64,000 bases of DNA from Terriglobia bacterium (GTDB lineage Bacteria; Acidobacteriota; Terriglobia; 20CM-2-55-15). The notes under the pieces are model-generated. The model was not told the DNA's origin and ran no database searches. It saw nothing but the letters and a program-made list of their open reading frames with translations. Position 1 is the stretch's first letter. Each line of letters opens with the position of its first letter. The DNA lies in NCBI GenBank assembly GCA_963664115.2, contig CAXWPJ010000009.1, positions 480,001 to 544,000 on the forward strand. The letters are read 5' to 3'. The position numbers were made by a program, and so were the translations under genes. Below are positions 10,549 through 21,952 of this stretch, one piece after another.

Positions 10549-11118
10549 TTAAAAGGATCCCCTCAATCGGTCGATCTCGGTTTGGACCAGATCCCGTTGC
10601 GGGTAGGAGGGATTCATCCGTATGAGTTGTTCCCACAATTCGAGGGCGCCGTCGCGATCATTGCGTTCTTCGATAAGTACAATGCCCATGTTGAACAGCG
10701 TCTGAGGATGATTCGGTGCGATTGCAAGTGTGGTCTCGAATTCGACGATCGCTTCATCAACCTGGTTGGAATAATAGAGTGCAGTGGCCATGTCCGTTCT
10801 CAGGCTGGGATCATCGGGACGGAGTTCCAACGCGCGGTCGTAGTATGCAATCGCACCCTGATAACTTTCGATTTCGAAATAAAGATTCGCAAGATCCACC
10901 AACAGCTGAAAGTCATCCGGCGTCTCTATCACCTGGGCTTCGAGCTCCTGGATCATCTGCAGTTCACGCGCGATTGCCTCGGCGGACGGAGCAGGCGCTC
11001 CGACGAGGGCATCCCGAATAACGACGGGGCCCAGATCCCGGTCCCGTACCACGAGATAAGTGGCAATGAATCCAACGAGCACGCCCATTACGAGCAGGAG
11101 GTAGGAATCCCTATTCAC
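10549..11118 (-). CDS. Membrane-anchored TPR protein
   Basis: N-terminal TM helix followed by about three TPR-like repeats. Confidence 0.8.
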   Translation of the reverse strand: MNRDSYLLLVMGVLVGFIATYLVVRDRDLGPVVIRDALVGAPAPSAEAIARELQMIQELEAQVIETPDDFQLLVDLANLYFEIESYQGAIAYYDRALELRPDDPSLRTDMATALYYSNQVDEAIVEFETTLAIAPNHPQTLFNMGIVLIEERNDRDGALELWEQLIRMNPSYPQRDLVQTEIDRLRGSF

Positions 11119-11140
11119 AGGGTGATGATATCACTTACTC

Positions 11141-11211
11141 AAAAGTTAGAAGTTAAGAGTTAAGAGTCAAGAGACCGGGCCGTGACCGAGGGCTATCAAC
11201 TATCAACTTTT
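11141..11211. repeat. Heptamer tandem repeats (AGTTAAG and CTATCAA) in intergenic region
   Basis: aaaagttagaagttaagagttaagagtcaagag ... ctatcaactatcaactttt. Confidence 0.6.
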
Positions 11212-11238
11212 AACGATTCACTCTGGTCATAACCCCTG

Positions 11239-11844
11239 CTAATCGATCAGAAACGGTTGAAAGATTTCCTTGTACTCCGGGTCCGGGAACGCATCCCCAA
11301 ACGCCCTGGAGTCGATCAGGTCGATCACCGTAATTTGGCGCCTGCGGCGGGGAAGCGTCCCGGAAACGGCCTCGATCGCCAACAGCCGATAGGCGAGCAC
11401 CACCGCCCAATCGGCCACCTTCCGCCTGAATAGACCGCCAGCAAACCGGGCCCAGCGATCGAGTTGATCGTCGTCAAGGACGGGCAAAAATCGGACCGCG
11501 ACCTTCCGTCGGCCACTTCTGAAAAGTTTATCCCCACCGCCCATTTCGACCTCTTGCCATCCGGACCTTCCAAGTAACTGGTCGGCGGCACCGAGAACGG
11601 CAATCTGTAAAGGCAATGGTTCGGCAATTCTCTGCTTGCAGTCGTAGGTCCCGCGACTGACGGGGTTTCGGAGGCATGCGTAGGCTTCGTTTACGAGCAC
11701 CATATGCCCGGACAAATCAATGGCAGCGGGGCCGGTATTGCGATCCGGGTGGTACTGGCGGGCCAGTGCACGGTAGGCGCTGTGAATGGTTTCCAGGCTC
11801 GCATCGCGGGGCACGTTGAGGACACGATAGTAATTAATTTGCAT
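11239..11844 (-). CDS. DnaJ (J-domain) protein with unassigned C-terminal domain
   Basis: NYYRVL...YHPDRN...VNEAY J-domain. Confidence 0.82.
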   Translation of the reverse strand: MQINYYRVLNVPRDASLETIHSAYRALARQYHPDRNTGPAAIDLSGHMVLVNEAYACLRNPVSRGTYDCKQRIAEPLPLQIAVLGAADQLLGRSGWQEVEMGGGDKLFRSGRRKVAVRFLPVLDDDQLDRWARFAGGLFRRKVADWAVVLAYRLLAIEAVSGTLPRRRRQITVIDLIDSRAFGDAFPDPEYKEIFQPFLID

Positions 11845-11868
11845 CTTGAGTCTCCAACAAATCTCGGC

Positions 11869-13158
11869 TCATTGGAAGTCTCCGAAGTAGCAGGTGCGGT
11901 AGGCTTCGTCGATCGCGATTTCACCGGCAAGCACCTTTTCCCGCGCCCGATTCAGGACCGGAACGTATCCCGATCGAACAGCGACACGCCGTAGCTCGGA
12001 TTCGCTTCCGGCAACAACGCACTCCCGCGTGTCCCGATTCAGTTCGAGAACTTCGAAGAGCGGAATGCGGCCGTCGGCTCCCGTAAAGCGGCATTCCGCA
12101 CATCCGTGACTCCTCCGAAGTCGGAACGCTTCGGATGGGGCTATTCCAAGCCGCTCAAGGTAGAAAGCCGCCGGCAGATCGGGCCCAAGACAATGCGAAC
12201 AATTTCGCCGCACCAAGCGCTGAGCCACAGCACCGATCATAGCCCCAGCAACCACATGGGAGTCGACACCCAGTTCCTCGAGACGCAGCAGGATCGAAGG
12301 CGCATCGGTCGCATGCAACGTTGAAAGCACGAGGTGCCCGGTCAGTGCGGCCTCAAGGGCGATATCGGCCGTTTCCCTATCCCGAATTTCACCCACCAGA
12401 ATCACGTCCGGGTCCTGGCGCAGAACGGAACGCAGCGCCCGGTGGAAGGTGAACTGTGCCTTGTGGTCGACCTGAATTTGACGGATTCCGTCCACGCGAT
12501 ATTCGATGGGGTCTTCGATGGTGACGACGTTCAGCGGAAGAGCTCTCACTTCGTCGATGAGAGCAAAGAGCGTCGTCGTCTTACCACTGCCGGTAGGACC
12601 TGCAACGATGACGATCCCTTGGGGCCGGCGGCTGATCGCCTTCAGCTGTGTTTCGATCGCTCGGCCCGCACCCAAACCGGCGATAGTCGGAAGGTGATCC
12701 TGGTCCCTGAAGATCCGAACGACGAGCGCCTCTCCTCCGTCGGTCGGCATCGTCGACAACCGTCCATCGATTCCTTCGGATCGATCCACGATGTGGCCGT
12801 CCTGAGGCAAACGCCGTTCAGTAATGTCCAGACGGGCCATTACTTTGATGCGGGCAACGAGCTGGGCGTGAAGCCATCGCGGAAGCTCGAGCGTATGGAA
12901 CAGCAATCCATCAATCCGGTAACGGACCCGTGTCTGGCGACGACCGGGCTCGATATGTATGTCGCTGGCGCCCAAGCGGACAGCTTCGTTAAAAATCAGA
13001 TGCTGGATTTCCAGCAGAGGCGGTTCCACCGAAGAGGCGGCTCGCCCCCGACGATCCGGGACAGGCAATTGTGACGTTGTGGAACGCCGAGATACGGGAA
13101 CAAGCTCGGTCTGTGACATGGGTTGTTGGGAAACTGAAGCTCTGGAGGGCGCCGCCAT
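11869..13158 (-). CDS. GspE/PilB-family secretion ATPase (short form)
   Basis: ASDIHIEP, GPTGSGKTTTL, RQDPDVILVGEIRD, TGHLVLSTLH and two CxxC motifs. Confidence 0.9.
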   Translation of the reverse strand: MAAPSRASVSQQPMSQTELVPVSRRSTTSQLPVPDRRGRAASSVEPPLLEIQHLIFNEAVRLGASDIHIEPGRRQTRVRYRIDGLLFHTLELPRWLHAQLVARIKVMARLDITERRLPQDGHIVDRSEGIDGRLSTMPTDGGEALVVRIFRDQDHLPTIAGLGAGRAIETQLKAISRRPQGIVIVAGPTGSGKTTTLFALIDEVRALPLNVVTIEDPIEYRVDGIRQIQVDHKAQFTFHRALRSVLRQDPDVILVGEIRDRETADIALEAALTGHLVLSTLHATDAPSILLRLEELGVDSHVVAGAMIGAVAQRLVRRNCSHCLGPDLPAAFYLERLGIAPSEAFRLRRSHGCAECRFTGADGRIPLFEVLELNRDTRECVVAGSESELRRVAVRSGYVPVLNRAREKVLAGEIAIDEAYRTCYFGDFQ

Positions 13159-13198
13159 AATACCACTATTCTGCTCGAAAGTTGGATGGGAGGATTTT

Positions 13199-13340
13199 CA
13201 CCGCAAAGACGCAAAATTTGAAGTTCTGCAGAGTGTCCTTTTCCCAACCACTGTGAGGTTCCAACAGCTTTGTTGCTAACCCAGGGACTTAGATCAGGAC
13301 AGAAATTCATTATCTATCTTCCTTTGCGCCTTTGCGGTTG
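13199..13340. repeat. Palindromic octamer-repeat intergenic element
   Basis: CACCGCAAAGACGCAAA (13199) and CTTTGCGCCTTTGCGGTTG (13322). Confidence 0.8.
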
Positions 13341-13387
13341 AAGATTCCCGTCCTGAAAAATGTTGTAAAGTGGTATGGGAGAGACAG

Positions 13388-15306
<1,919 letters not shown>

Positions 15307-15312
15307 ATGTCT

Positions 15313-15403
15313 TTCAACACGAAGGCACGAAGCTAACGGAGATCAACGAAGGGGTTTTTGTCCATACATTCCAGCTTCGTTACCTTCGTGACTTCGTGTT
15401 GAA
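15313..15403. repeat. Palindromic octamer-repeat element, CACGAAG variant
   Basis: TTCAACACGAAGGCACGAAG and CTTCGTGACTTCGTGTTGAA between convergent eno and ruvB. Confidence 0.8.
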
Positions 15404-15431
15404 CTCTTTCTCTTATTAATTTCTGACTTTA

Positions 15432-16460
15432 TTAAAACAGGCCAGATTGGTTGGATTGGCTGGAGCGGCTGAAATCGAGGCCGAAGTACTCATACGCCAG
15501 CTTCGTGGCGACGCGACCGCGGGGGGTGCGTTGCAGGAATCCAATCTGTAGCAGAAAGGGTTCGTATATGTCTTCGATCGCATCGACTTCTTCACTCAAA
15601 ACAGCGGCGATCGTATTGACACCCACCGGTCCGCCCTCGAATTTTTCGATTATCGCCCGCAGAAGTCGCCGGTCGGTTTCGTCAAAACCATGCTCATCCA
15701 CGTCGAGTAGCCGTAAGGCATCACGCGCGATATTGTCGGTGATTTCACCGTTACCACGGACTTCAGCGAAATCTCGCGTGCGTTTGAGTAGGCGGTTGGC
15801 GATACGCGGTGTTCCACGGGAACGCTTGGCAATCTCCTGAGCCCCCGAAACGGTGATTGGGGCCTTCAGGATGTCGGCAGACCGCCGGACAATGACCTCC
15901 AGGTCCTCCTGCGTGTAGTAATCCAAGCGGTGGACGATGCCGAACCGTGAACGCAAAGGAGCCGTGATCAATCCTATCCTTGTGGTGGCGCCGATCAAGG
16001 TATAGTGCTCTAAATCGAGACGATGGGTGCGGGCACTCGGGCCCTGCCCGATGATGATGTCGAGCTTGTAGTCTTCCATCGCGGGATAGAGGATCTCTTC
16101 GATGTTCGGCTGCAAGCGGTGAATCTCATCGACAAAAAAGATGTCCGCACTTTCAAGATTTGTCAGGATCGCGGTCAGATCACCTTTGATCTGGACCAAT
16201 GGGCCCGCTGTCGCACGAAAGTGCGCCGACATTTCGTTCGCTATGACTGAAGCGAGGGTCGTCTTGCCCAATCCCGGGGGACCGTACAGCAAGATGTGGT
16301 CGAGAGGCTCGCCCCGTTTCCGGGCAGCTTCGATCGAAACCTCCAGGTTCTCTTTGACCAGAGCCTGACCGATATATTCATTGAGCGTTTTCGGACGCAA
16401 GGAGAGTTCGAAAGGGATTTCTTCCTCTGACGCGGCACCTATAGTGATTCGCTCGGTCAT
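15432..16460 (-). CDS. ruvB: Holliday junction helicase RuvB
   Basis: [29 protein letters not shown] and RTPRGR motifs. Confidence 0.97.
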   Translation of the reverse strand: MTERITIGAASEEEIPFELSLRPKTLNEYIGQALVKENLEVSIEAARKRGEPLDHILLYGPPGLGKTTLASVIANEMSAHFRATAGPLVQIKGDLTAILTNLESADIFFVDEIHRLQPNIEEILYPAMEDYKLDIIIGQGPSARTHRLDLEHYTLIGATTRIGLITAPLRSRFGIVHRLDYYTQEDLEVIVRRSADILKAPITVSGAQEIAKRSRGTPRIANRLLKRTRDFAEVRGNGEITDNIARDALRLLDVDEHGFDETDRRLLRAIIEKFEGGPVGVNTIAAVLSEEVDAIEDIYEPFLLQIGFLQRTPRGRVATKLAYEYFGLDFSRSSQSNQSGLF

Positions 16461-17038
16461 TATCCTTTGGTCAGAATCTGCAGGGTCCGCTTGAAGAGTT
16501 CGTCAAAACCTGGGTCTTCATCCCCATCGAGCGATCGCCTGATCGCTCCTTCGATCAGACCGCGATTGTAGCCAAGGTTCTCCATCGCCGAAATAACATC
16601 AACCTCACTGCCGCCCGGCGCCTCATCAACGACAAAGTCGCGCAACTTATCTTTTAATTCAAGAATTATCCGTTCACCGGTCTTCTTGCCGATACCTGGG
16701 ATTGAGGTTAACCGGGCGAGGTCTTCCCTCTTGATGGAAGCGACCAGGTCATCTACGGAACTTCCCGAAAGAATCGTCATCGCCAGCCGGGGGCCGATTC
16801 CCGAGATCTGCACCAGCCGCTCGAAGATTGAGCGTTCGCGTTTGGTCGAGAAGCCGAATAGCTGAATGGCGTCCTCACGTACGTGCGTATGAATATCGAG
16901 TACGACCTCAGCACCGAGGTCAGGTAAGGACGAATAGGTGGGAAGTGAGATGAATGCCTGATAGCCAACCCCATCGATATCCAACACGACCTGTTCAGGG
17001 GTCTTCTCTAACAGCGGGCCCCGGAGCCGGGCAATCAC
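16460..17038 (-). CDS. ruvA: Holliday junction DNA-binding protein RuvA
   Basis: [14 protein letters not shown]; HhH motifs SGIGPR and PGIGKKT. Confidence 0.95.
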   Translation of the reverse strand: MIARLRGPLLEKTPEQVVLDIDGVGYQAFISLPTYSSLPDLGAEVVLDIHTHVREDAIQLFGFSTKRERSIFERLVQISGIGPRLAMTILSGSSVDDLVASIKREDLARLTSIPGIGKKTGERIILELKDKLRDFVVDEAPGGSEVDVISAMENLGYNRGLIEGAIRRSLDGDEDPGFDELFKRTLQILTKG

Positions 17039-17322
17039 CGGAGAGCGACCTCGTCGATCAGGGTGACCTCATCGACGACACCCACAACGGCCGCATCGAT
17101 CGCTGCACCTTCACGGTCCACAGTCGTGGCCGCCGACCACCCTTCCTGGACAACGAGAACGCGATCACCCACCCCGGCATCCACACCATCGAGAGCGAGG
17201 ATTCTCGCGCCATATTCGCTACCATCGATGCCGAGCGGTTGCACCAATAGTGCCTTCCGGCCCTCGTGGCTGCTGTCTTTCTGCGAGGCAACGACGGTTC
17301 CCACTACTTTCGCTATAAGCAT
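17035..17322 (-). CDS. Microcompartment vertex protein (BMC-P, EutN/CcmL)
   Basis: AKVVGTVVASQK...DGVDAGVGDRVL...DAAVVGVVD. Confidence 0.9.
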   Translation of the reverse strand: MLIAKVVGTVVASQKDSSHEGRKALLVQPLGIDGSEYGARILALDGVDAGVGDRVLVVQEGWSAATTVDREGAAIDAAVVGVVDEVTLIDEVALR

Positions 17323-17456
17323 CTAAATAGCATCGGGCCCACCGGCCACTCGATCGTTAAAAGTTGTAGGTGCCCCAACCTCTCCATTCCCCGAAAGTAC
17401 AGGGAATACTGACGCCGGCCGGCCCCCCCATGCAGGCGACCTGGGGCTCTGGCGCC

Positions 17457-17777
17457 TCACTTGTCCTTCGTCACTGAAGGTGCGGCCGGTTCGTCGACCT
17501 TTTCATTGGTATCGGTGGCATCGGTGCTGGCTACATCAACGCTGTCCACAATGCCGACGATGGTGGCGTCGGAGGGTGTCTTTTCAGGAGAGAATGCGAA
17601 CGAAGCTTCCCGACCCCGACAAATATACACGCGTTCACCGGCCCCAGCCCCGACCGAATCAATCGCAACGACGACCTTGTCGTCAGACAGCCTGCGGACA
17701 AGCAGGAGCTTCCTGCCAACGAGGGATGAGTTCTTGGCCGTTGAAACGACGGTGCCGATAACGTCTCCAAGGTACAT
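17457..17777 (-). CDS. Microcompartment vertex protein (BMC-P, EutN/CcmL)
   Basis: GDVIGTVVSTAK...DSVGAGAGERV...DATIVGIVD. Confidence 0.9.
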   Translation of the reverse strand: MYLGDVIGTVVSTAKNSSLVGRKLLLVRRLSDDKVVVAIDSVGAGAGERVYICRGREASFAFSPEKTPSDATIVGIVDSVDVASTDATDTNEKVDEPAAPSVTKDK

Positions 17778-17813
17778 GGGGTAAGGTGCCCGACGTTAAT
17801 CCTGAGTATTTCG

Positions 17814-18080
17814 TCAGTCTTGAGATATTTCGTCAATGATGCCCACGATGGCGGCATCGACAGGCGTATCCTGGCACCCGTCCGACATCCGCGCCGAGCT
17901 TCCCTGGACCACGAGTACTCGCTCTCGAATTCCCGCTGATACCGTGTCTACAGCGACGACATAACCACTTCCGTCCTCGCCGTCGGGATTCATCGGTCGA
18001 CAGACGAGCAGTTTCTTGCCTTCGAGGCGGGGATCCTTCCGCGTCGCAACGACCGTGCCGATGACCCTGGCCAGTTGCAT
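17814..18080 (-). CDS. Microcompartment vertex protein (BMC-P, EutN/CcmL)
   Basis: ARVIGTVVATRK...PVDAAIVGIID. Confidence 0.92.
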   Translation of the reverse strand: MQLARVIGTVVATRKDPRLEGKKLLVCRPMNPDGEDGSGYVVAVDTVSAGIRERVLVVQGSSARMSDGCQDTPVDAAIVGIIDEISQD

Positions 18081-18086
18081 GGCGTT

Positions 18087-18392
18087 CTATTGGCTCGCTT
18101 TGCCGATATTGAATACGTCTTCGAGATTCGAATGCGGCCGGGGGATCACATGAACGCTGATCAACTCACCCACACGGCGAGCCGAGGTCGCGCCGGCGTC
18201 GGTGGCTGCCTTTACCGCTGCGACATCACCTCGCACCATGGCTGTTACGTAGCCGGATCCGATCTTTTCCCAGCCCATGAGCGTGACCTTTGCCGCCTTT
18301 ACCATCGCATCGCACGCTTCGATCAACGCCACCAATCCGCGGGTCTCGATCATCCCGAGGGCTTCACCAACTGTTTCTCCCTCTTTTGCCAT
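18087..18392 (-). CDS. Microcompartment hexameric shell protein (BMC-H, EutM/PduA-like)
   Basis: ALGMIETRG...DAMVKAA...[10 protein letters not shown]...HVIPRPH. Confidence 0.95.
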   Translation of the reverse strand: MAKEGETVGEALGMIETRGLVALIEACDAMVKAAKVTLMGWEKIGSGYVTAMVRGDVAAVKAATDAGATSARRVGELISVHVIPRPHSNLEDVFNIGKASQ

Positions 18393-18516
18393 TCAATTGC
18401 TCCTTAGGGAAATTCAGGACGGGGTCCTAACTTCCTCACCACCATGTGATTTGGGGCCTTCATTAATTTGGGAAATGAGGACTTTCTCCTGGGACTTCCC
18501 CGTAACACTTGACTTA

Positions 18517-19293
18517 CTACTTCACCAGACTCGAGACGACCTGATGGACCAGATCGACCAATTCGTCTTTGGAAAGAGAGATCGTTTCTGATCTTCCGTC
18601 GGTCACCGGACACATTGGGTCCTTCGGGCGCGCATCATCGGCAGTCTCCAAGCCAAAATACTTTTGCCGCTGTACCCACAATTTCTCAACATCTTCAGAT
18701 GACAGCAGCTGCTCTTCTCCGAGAATCCGCGTATAGATGGAGATCTTCGCGAAGTGCTCGACGGTATCCATCCGGTTGTACGCCTCCATCATATCCGCAC
18801 CGTAGGTGACCACCCCGTGATTGGCCATGAGCAGCGCGTCATAGTTTGCGATCCACGGTTCGAGTCTATCGGTCAACTCGGCAGTGCCGGGTGTCCCGTA
18901 CTCCGCTATGGGTATACATCCCAGAGCAAGAACGACTTCTGAAATCAGAGCCTTGTTCAGCGGAATACCCGCAGCTGCATAAGCCGTCGCACACGGCGGA
19001 TGACAGTGGACCACCGCATTAATATCGGGACGGAGTTTGTAGATGAGGGTGTGCATAGAGATTTCGCTGGATGCTTTGCGCTCTCCACGAACGTGTCGGC
19101 CTTCGAGATCAACGACAACGGGGTCCTCGGGACGCACGAAGCCTTTGTTGATTATCGTCGGTGTGCAAATCACGTTTCCATCCGGCAGCCGGGCACTCAA
19201 ATTCCCGTCTGTCGACGCCAGGTAACTCTTTTGATAGGTCAGTTGGGAGAAATCGGCGATCTGCTGCCTTAATTCAGCTTCTGAAGACATCAT
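18517..19293 (-). CDS. Class II aldolase (fuculose/rhamnulose-phosphate aldolase-like) with C-terminal encapsulation peptide
   Basis: DGNLSAR, SSEISMH, VVHCHP and LMANHG motifs; amphipathic tail KDELVDLVHQVVSSL. Confidence 0.88.
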   Translation of the reverse strand: MMSSEAELRQQIADFSQLTYQKSYLASTDGNLSARLPDGNVICTPTIINKGFVRPEDPVVVDLEGRHVRGERKASSEISMHTLIYKLRPDINAVVHCHPPCATAYAAAGIPLNKALISEVVLALGCIPIAEYGTPGTAELTDRLEPWIANYDALLMANHGVVTYGADMMEAYNRMDTVEHFAKISIYTRILGEEQLLSSEDVEKLWVQRQKYFGLETADDARPKDPMCPVTDGRSETISLSKDELVDLVHQVVSSLVK

Positions 19294-19397
19294 GCTTGGA
19301 GCGCATTCTACTACGCCCAATCAGATTCACAATGCAGATGTTGGAGTGGCTGTCATTAAGCCACTTGAACGCATTTGTTTCGCAAAAACGCAAAATT

Positions 19398-19413
19398 TTC
19401 ATGAACCGTGCCA
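19398..19413 (-). promoter_or_regulatory. Possible sigma54-type promoter for the BMC locus
   Basis: Minus strand TGGCACGgttcATGAA: perfect -24 element, imperfect -12 element. Confidence 0.35.
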
Positions 19414-19450
19414 AGTAATATATGTTGGCTAAGGGTCTTAAGAAGAAGAA

Positions 19451-19554
19451 TTAACACGAAGATCGAATTGCGTAAGAATAAAGACCTTCGTGAACCTCCG
19501 TGTCCTTCGTGCCTTCGTGTTGAAAAACAATTCGCGTCTTTGCGCCTTTGCGGT
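19451..19554. repeat. Composite palindromic octamer-repeat element (CACGAAG pair plus orphan CGCAAAG arm)
   Basis: AACACGAAG (19453), CTTCGTGCCTTCGTGTTGAA (to 19524), GCGTCTTTGCGCCTTTGCGGT (to 19554). Confidence 0.75.
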
Positions 19555-19569
19555 CAGGTCTTCCCCGCC

Positions 19570-21792
19570 TCAGACGACTTGGAGCGAGGCGTATTTGGCG
19601 ATCATCTTCTTCAGGCCGTAGTTACTGAAGCTCACCGTTAACTTGGCATCATCACCCGCGCCTTCCATACGCAGTATTGTTCCGACACCAAACTTGGGGT
19701 GCTTCACGCGTGTACCCTGCTTCCACCGTCGGGTGCCGCCTCCACGCCCCTTAGCTCTTGGGGGCGGACCTTGGGACTTCAGGAATTCCTGAACTGCATT
19801 GACGGTGTTGTAGGTCTCTCCTGAATACGTCGTCCTTTCACGGGGTTCAGCCCGCAATGGCAAGGACACATCGAGACCCTCGATCAATTCGGCCGGTATC
19901 TCTTCAAGAAACCGCGAAACTTCAGAAATCATTGGATCCATTGTCCCAAAAGTCCGCCGGTAGCGAGACGCGCTCAGGTAGAGGCGTTCTTCAGCCCGCG
20001 TCATGCCGACGTAGAAAAGGCGCCGCTCTTCTTCGAGCGATGTCCGCTCAGTGAGGGATCGATTGTGGGGAAACAGACCGTCTTCCATCCCGATGATGAA
20101 CACGACGGAAAACTCGAGTCCTTTCGCGGTATGGAGCGTCATCAAGGTCACCGGTGCGCGTTCATCGTAGTCGTCCTGATCAGAAACCAAGGCCGCGTTG
20201 TCTAAGAAATCGCGCAAACTCTCGCCACGCGCCGTACTTTCTTCTGCGGCCGTCAGAAGTTCACGAATATTGTCGATCCGGCTCAGCGCTTCCTCGGTCC
20301 CCTCCTGCTGGAGAACTTCAACGTAACGCGACTTTTCGATGACCCTCTGAAGCAAATCGATGCCGGACATCTGATCCGCGGATTCCAGAAAGTCCGTCAT
20401 CAGTTCGTGAAAGGCTCCCAGGGCGCGCCTGGACCGGAGCGCCAGACCGTCTCCACCGATCGTGATCCCGACGGCTTCCCATAGAGACACCTCTCTCTGG
20501 GCAGCCATATCGAGGAGAGCGTCGATCGTCGTCCGTCCGATGCCGCGGGTTGGCGTGTTGATGATTCGCATCAGGTGGACCGAATCGTTTGGATTCAGAA
20601 TAGCGGTCAGGTAGCTGAGCAAGTCCTTTATCTCCGCACGTTCGTAGAAACTGAGTCCTCCGACAACGCGGTACGGGATATCAAACCGTTGAAACATTTC
20701 TTCGAGGACGCGTGAAAGAAAGTTTGTTCTATAAAGGACGGCAATGTGGCGTTCCGGCCCGGCCCCGCGTTCGCCCATGATCCGTTCGGCAACGTGCGCC
20801 GCCTCCTGGTCCGGGTCGCGGGCTTCGAAGAACATTATCTTTTCGCCGGACGAGTTCTCGGTCCACAATTCCTTACCCTTCCGATCCTCGTTGTTGGCAA
20901 CGACGGCACCAGCAGCTGCCAGAATCGTCTTTGTGGAGCGGTAATTCTGTTCGAGCCGAACGATTTGCGTGTTCGGATAGTCCTTTTCAAACGAGAGGAT
21001 GTTCTGGATGTCGGCACCCCTCCAGCTGTAGATGGACTGGTCCTCGTCTCCAACGACACAGACGTTGCGGTGCTGGTCGGCCAGATATCGAACCAACTTG
21101 TACTGGGTGCGGTTCGTGTCCTGATATTCGTCGACCATGATGTAGCGAAAGCGCTGGCTGTATTTTTCTGCGACCGACGGAAACTTTTCGAAGAGCTCGA
21201 CGGTCTTCCCCAGCAGATCGTCAAAATCAAGTGCGTGGGCCTTTCGCAGCCGCTTTTCATACTCCGCATACACCTGAGCCGTGTACTCCCAATCGGGCTG
21301 CCAGGCGTCTTCGGCCATCTTGTCCGAAGTGGTTCGCTGATTCTTGGCAGCGCTGATGCGAGTCTGGATCACCCGAGCGGTCACCACTTTGTCGTCTACG
21401 GAAAGATCTTTCATCGTGGATCGGACGACCTGAAACTGATCGTTCGAATCGTAGATCGTAAACTCCTTCCTGTAGCCAAGCGCTTCGATCTCGCGCCTCA
21501 GGAGACGTACGCAGAGCGAATGGAAGGTGGAAATCCATGGATCAGCCGAACGCGGCGCGCGAAGCTGATCGCGAACCCGAGCCTTCATCTGATCCGCCGC
21601 CTTGTTCGTAAACGTGACCGCCAGGATAGATTCAGGCCGAACCCCAAGGTTCTCGACCAGATGAACGATTCGATACGTAATGACCCGGGTCTTACCGCTG
21701 CCGGCACCGGCGAGAATTAAAATCGGCCCCTCGATCGCCTCGGCAGCTTCCAACTGCTGCGGATTCAAATGTTCTTTTAGATCAATGCCCAT
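19570..21792 (-). CDS. pcrA: ATP-dependent DNA helicase PcrA/UvrD
   Basis: AGAGSGKT, VDEYQDTN, QSIYSWRGA, AKGLEF and EERRLFYV motifs; C-terminal Tudor-like domain. Confidence 0.95.
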   Translation of the reverse strand: MGIDLKEHLNPQQLEAAEAIEGPILILAGAGSGKTRVITYRIVHLVENLGVRPESILAVTFTNKAADQMKARVRDQLRAPRSADPWISTFHSLCVRLLRREIEALGYRKEFTIYDSNDQFQVVRSTMKDLSVDDKVVTARVIQTRISAAKNQRTTSDKMAEDAWQPDWEYTAQVYAEYEKRLRKAHALDFDDLLGKTVELFEKFPSVAEKYSQRFRYIMVDEYQDTNRTQYKLVRYLADQHRNVCVVGDEDQSIYSWRGADIQNILSFEKDYPNTQIVRLEQNYRSTKTILAAAGAVVANNEDRKGKELWTENSSGEKIMFFEARDPDQEAAHVAERIMGERGAGPERHIAVLYRTNFLSRVLEEMFQRFDIPYRVVGGLSFYERAEIKDLLSYLTAILNPNDSVHLMRIINTPTRGIGRTTIDALLDMAAQREVSLWEAVGITIGGDGLALRSRRALGAFHELMTDFLESADQMSGIDLLQRVIEKSRYVEVLQQEGTEEALSRIDNIRELLTAAEESTARGESLRDFLDNAALVSDQDDYDERAPVTLMTLHTAKGLEFSVVFIIGMEDGLFPHNRSLTERTSLEEERRLFYVGMTRAEERLYLSASRYRRTFGTMDPMISEVSRFLEEIPAELIEGLDVSLPLRAEPRERTTYSGETYNTVNAVQEFLKSQGPPPRAKGRGGGTRRWKQGTRVKHPKFGVGTILRMEGAGDDAKLTVSFSNYGLKKMIAKYASLQVV

Positions 21793-21811
21793 TGCTCAGA
21801 ATAAATACTTG

Positions 21812-21945
21812 TTCACCGCAAAGGCGCAAAGTTTAAGAATCGAGTTTCTGGGAATCGGAACGTTTCTATCGAAATTCACGCACGCCATTGCTCCATCCGT
21901 TGACAAGACAATCATAGTTCCTTTGCGTCTTTGCGCCTTTGCGGT
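21812..21945. repeat. Palindromic octamer-repeat intergenic element
   Basis: TTCACCGCAAAGGCGCAAAG and CTTTGCGTCTTTGCGCCTTTGCGGT between glmS and pcrA. Confidence 0.85.
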
Positions 21946-21952
21946 CGATTTC

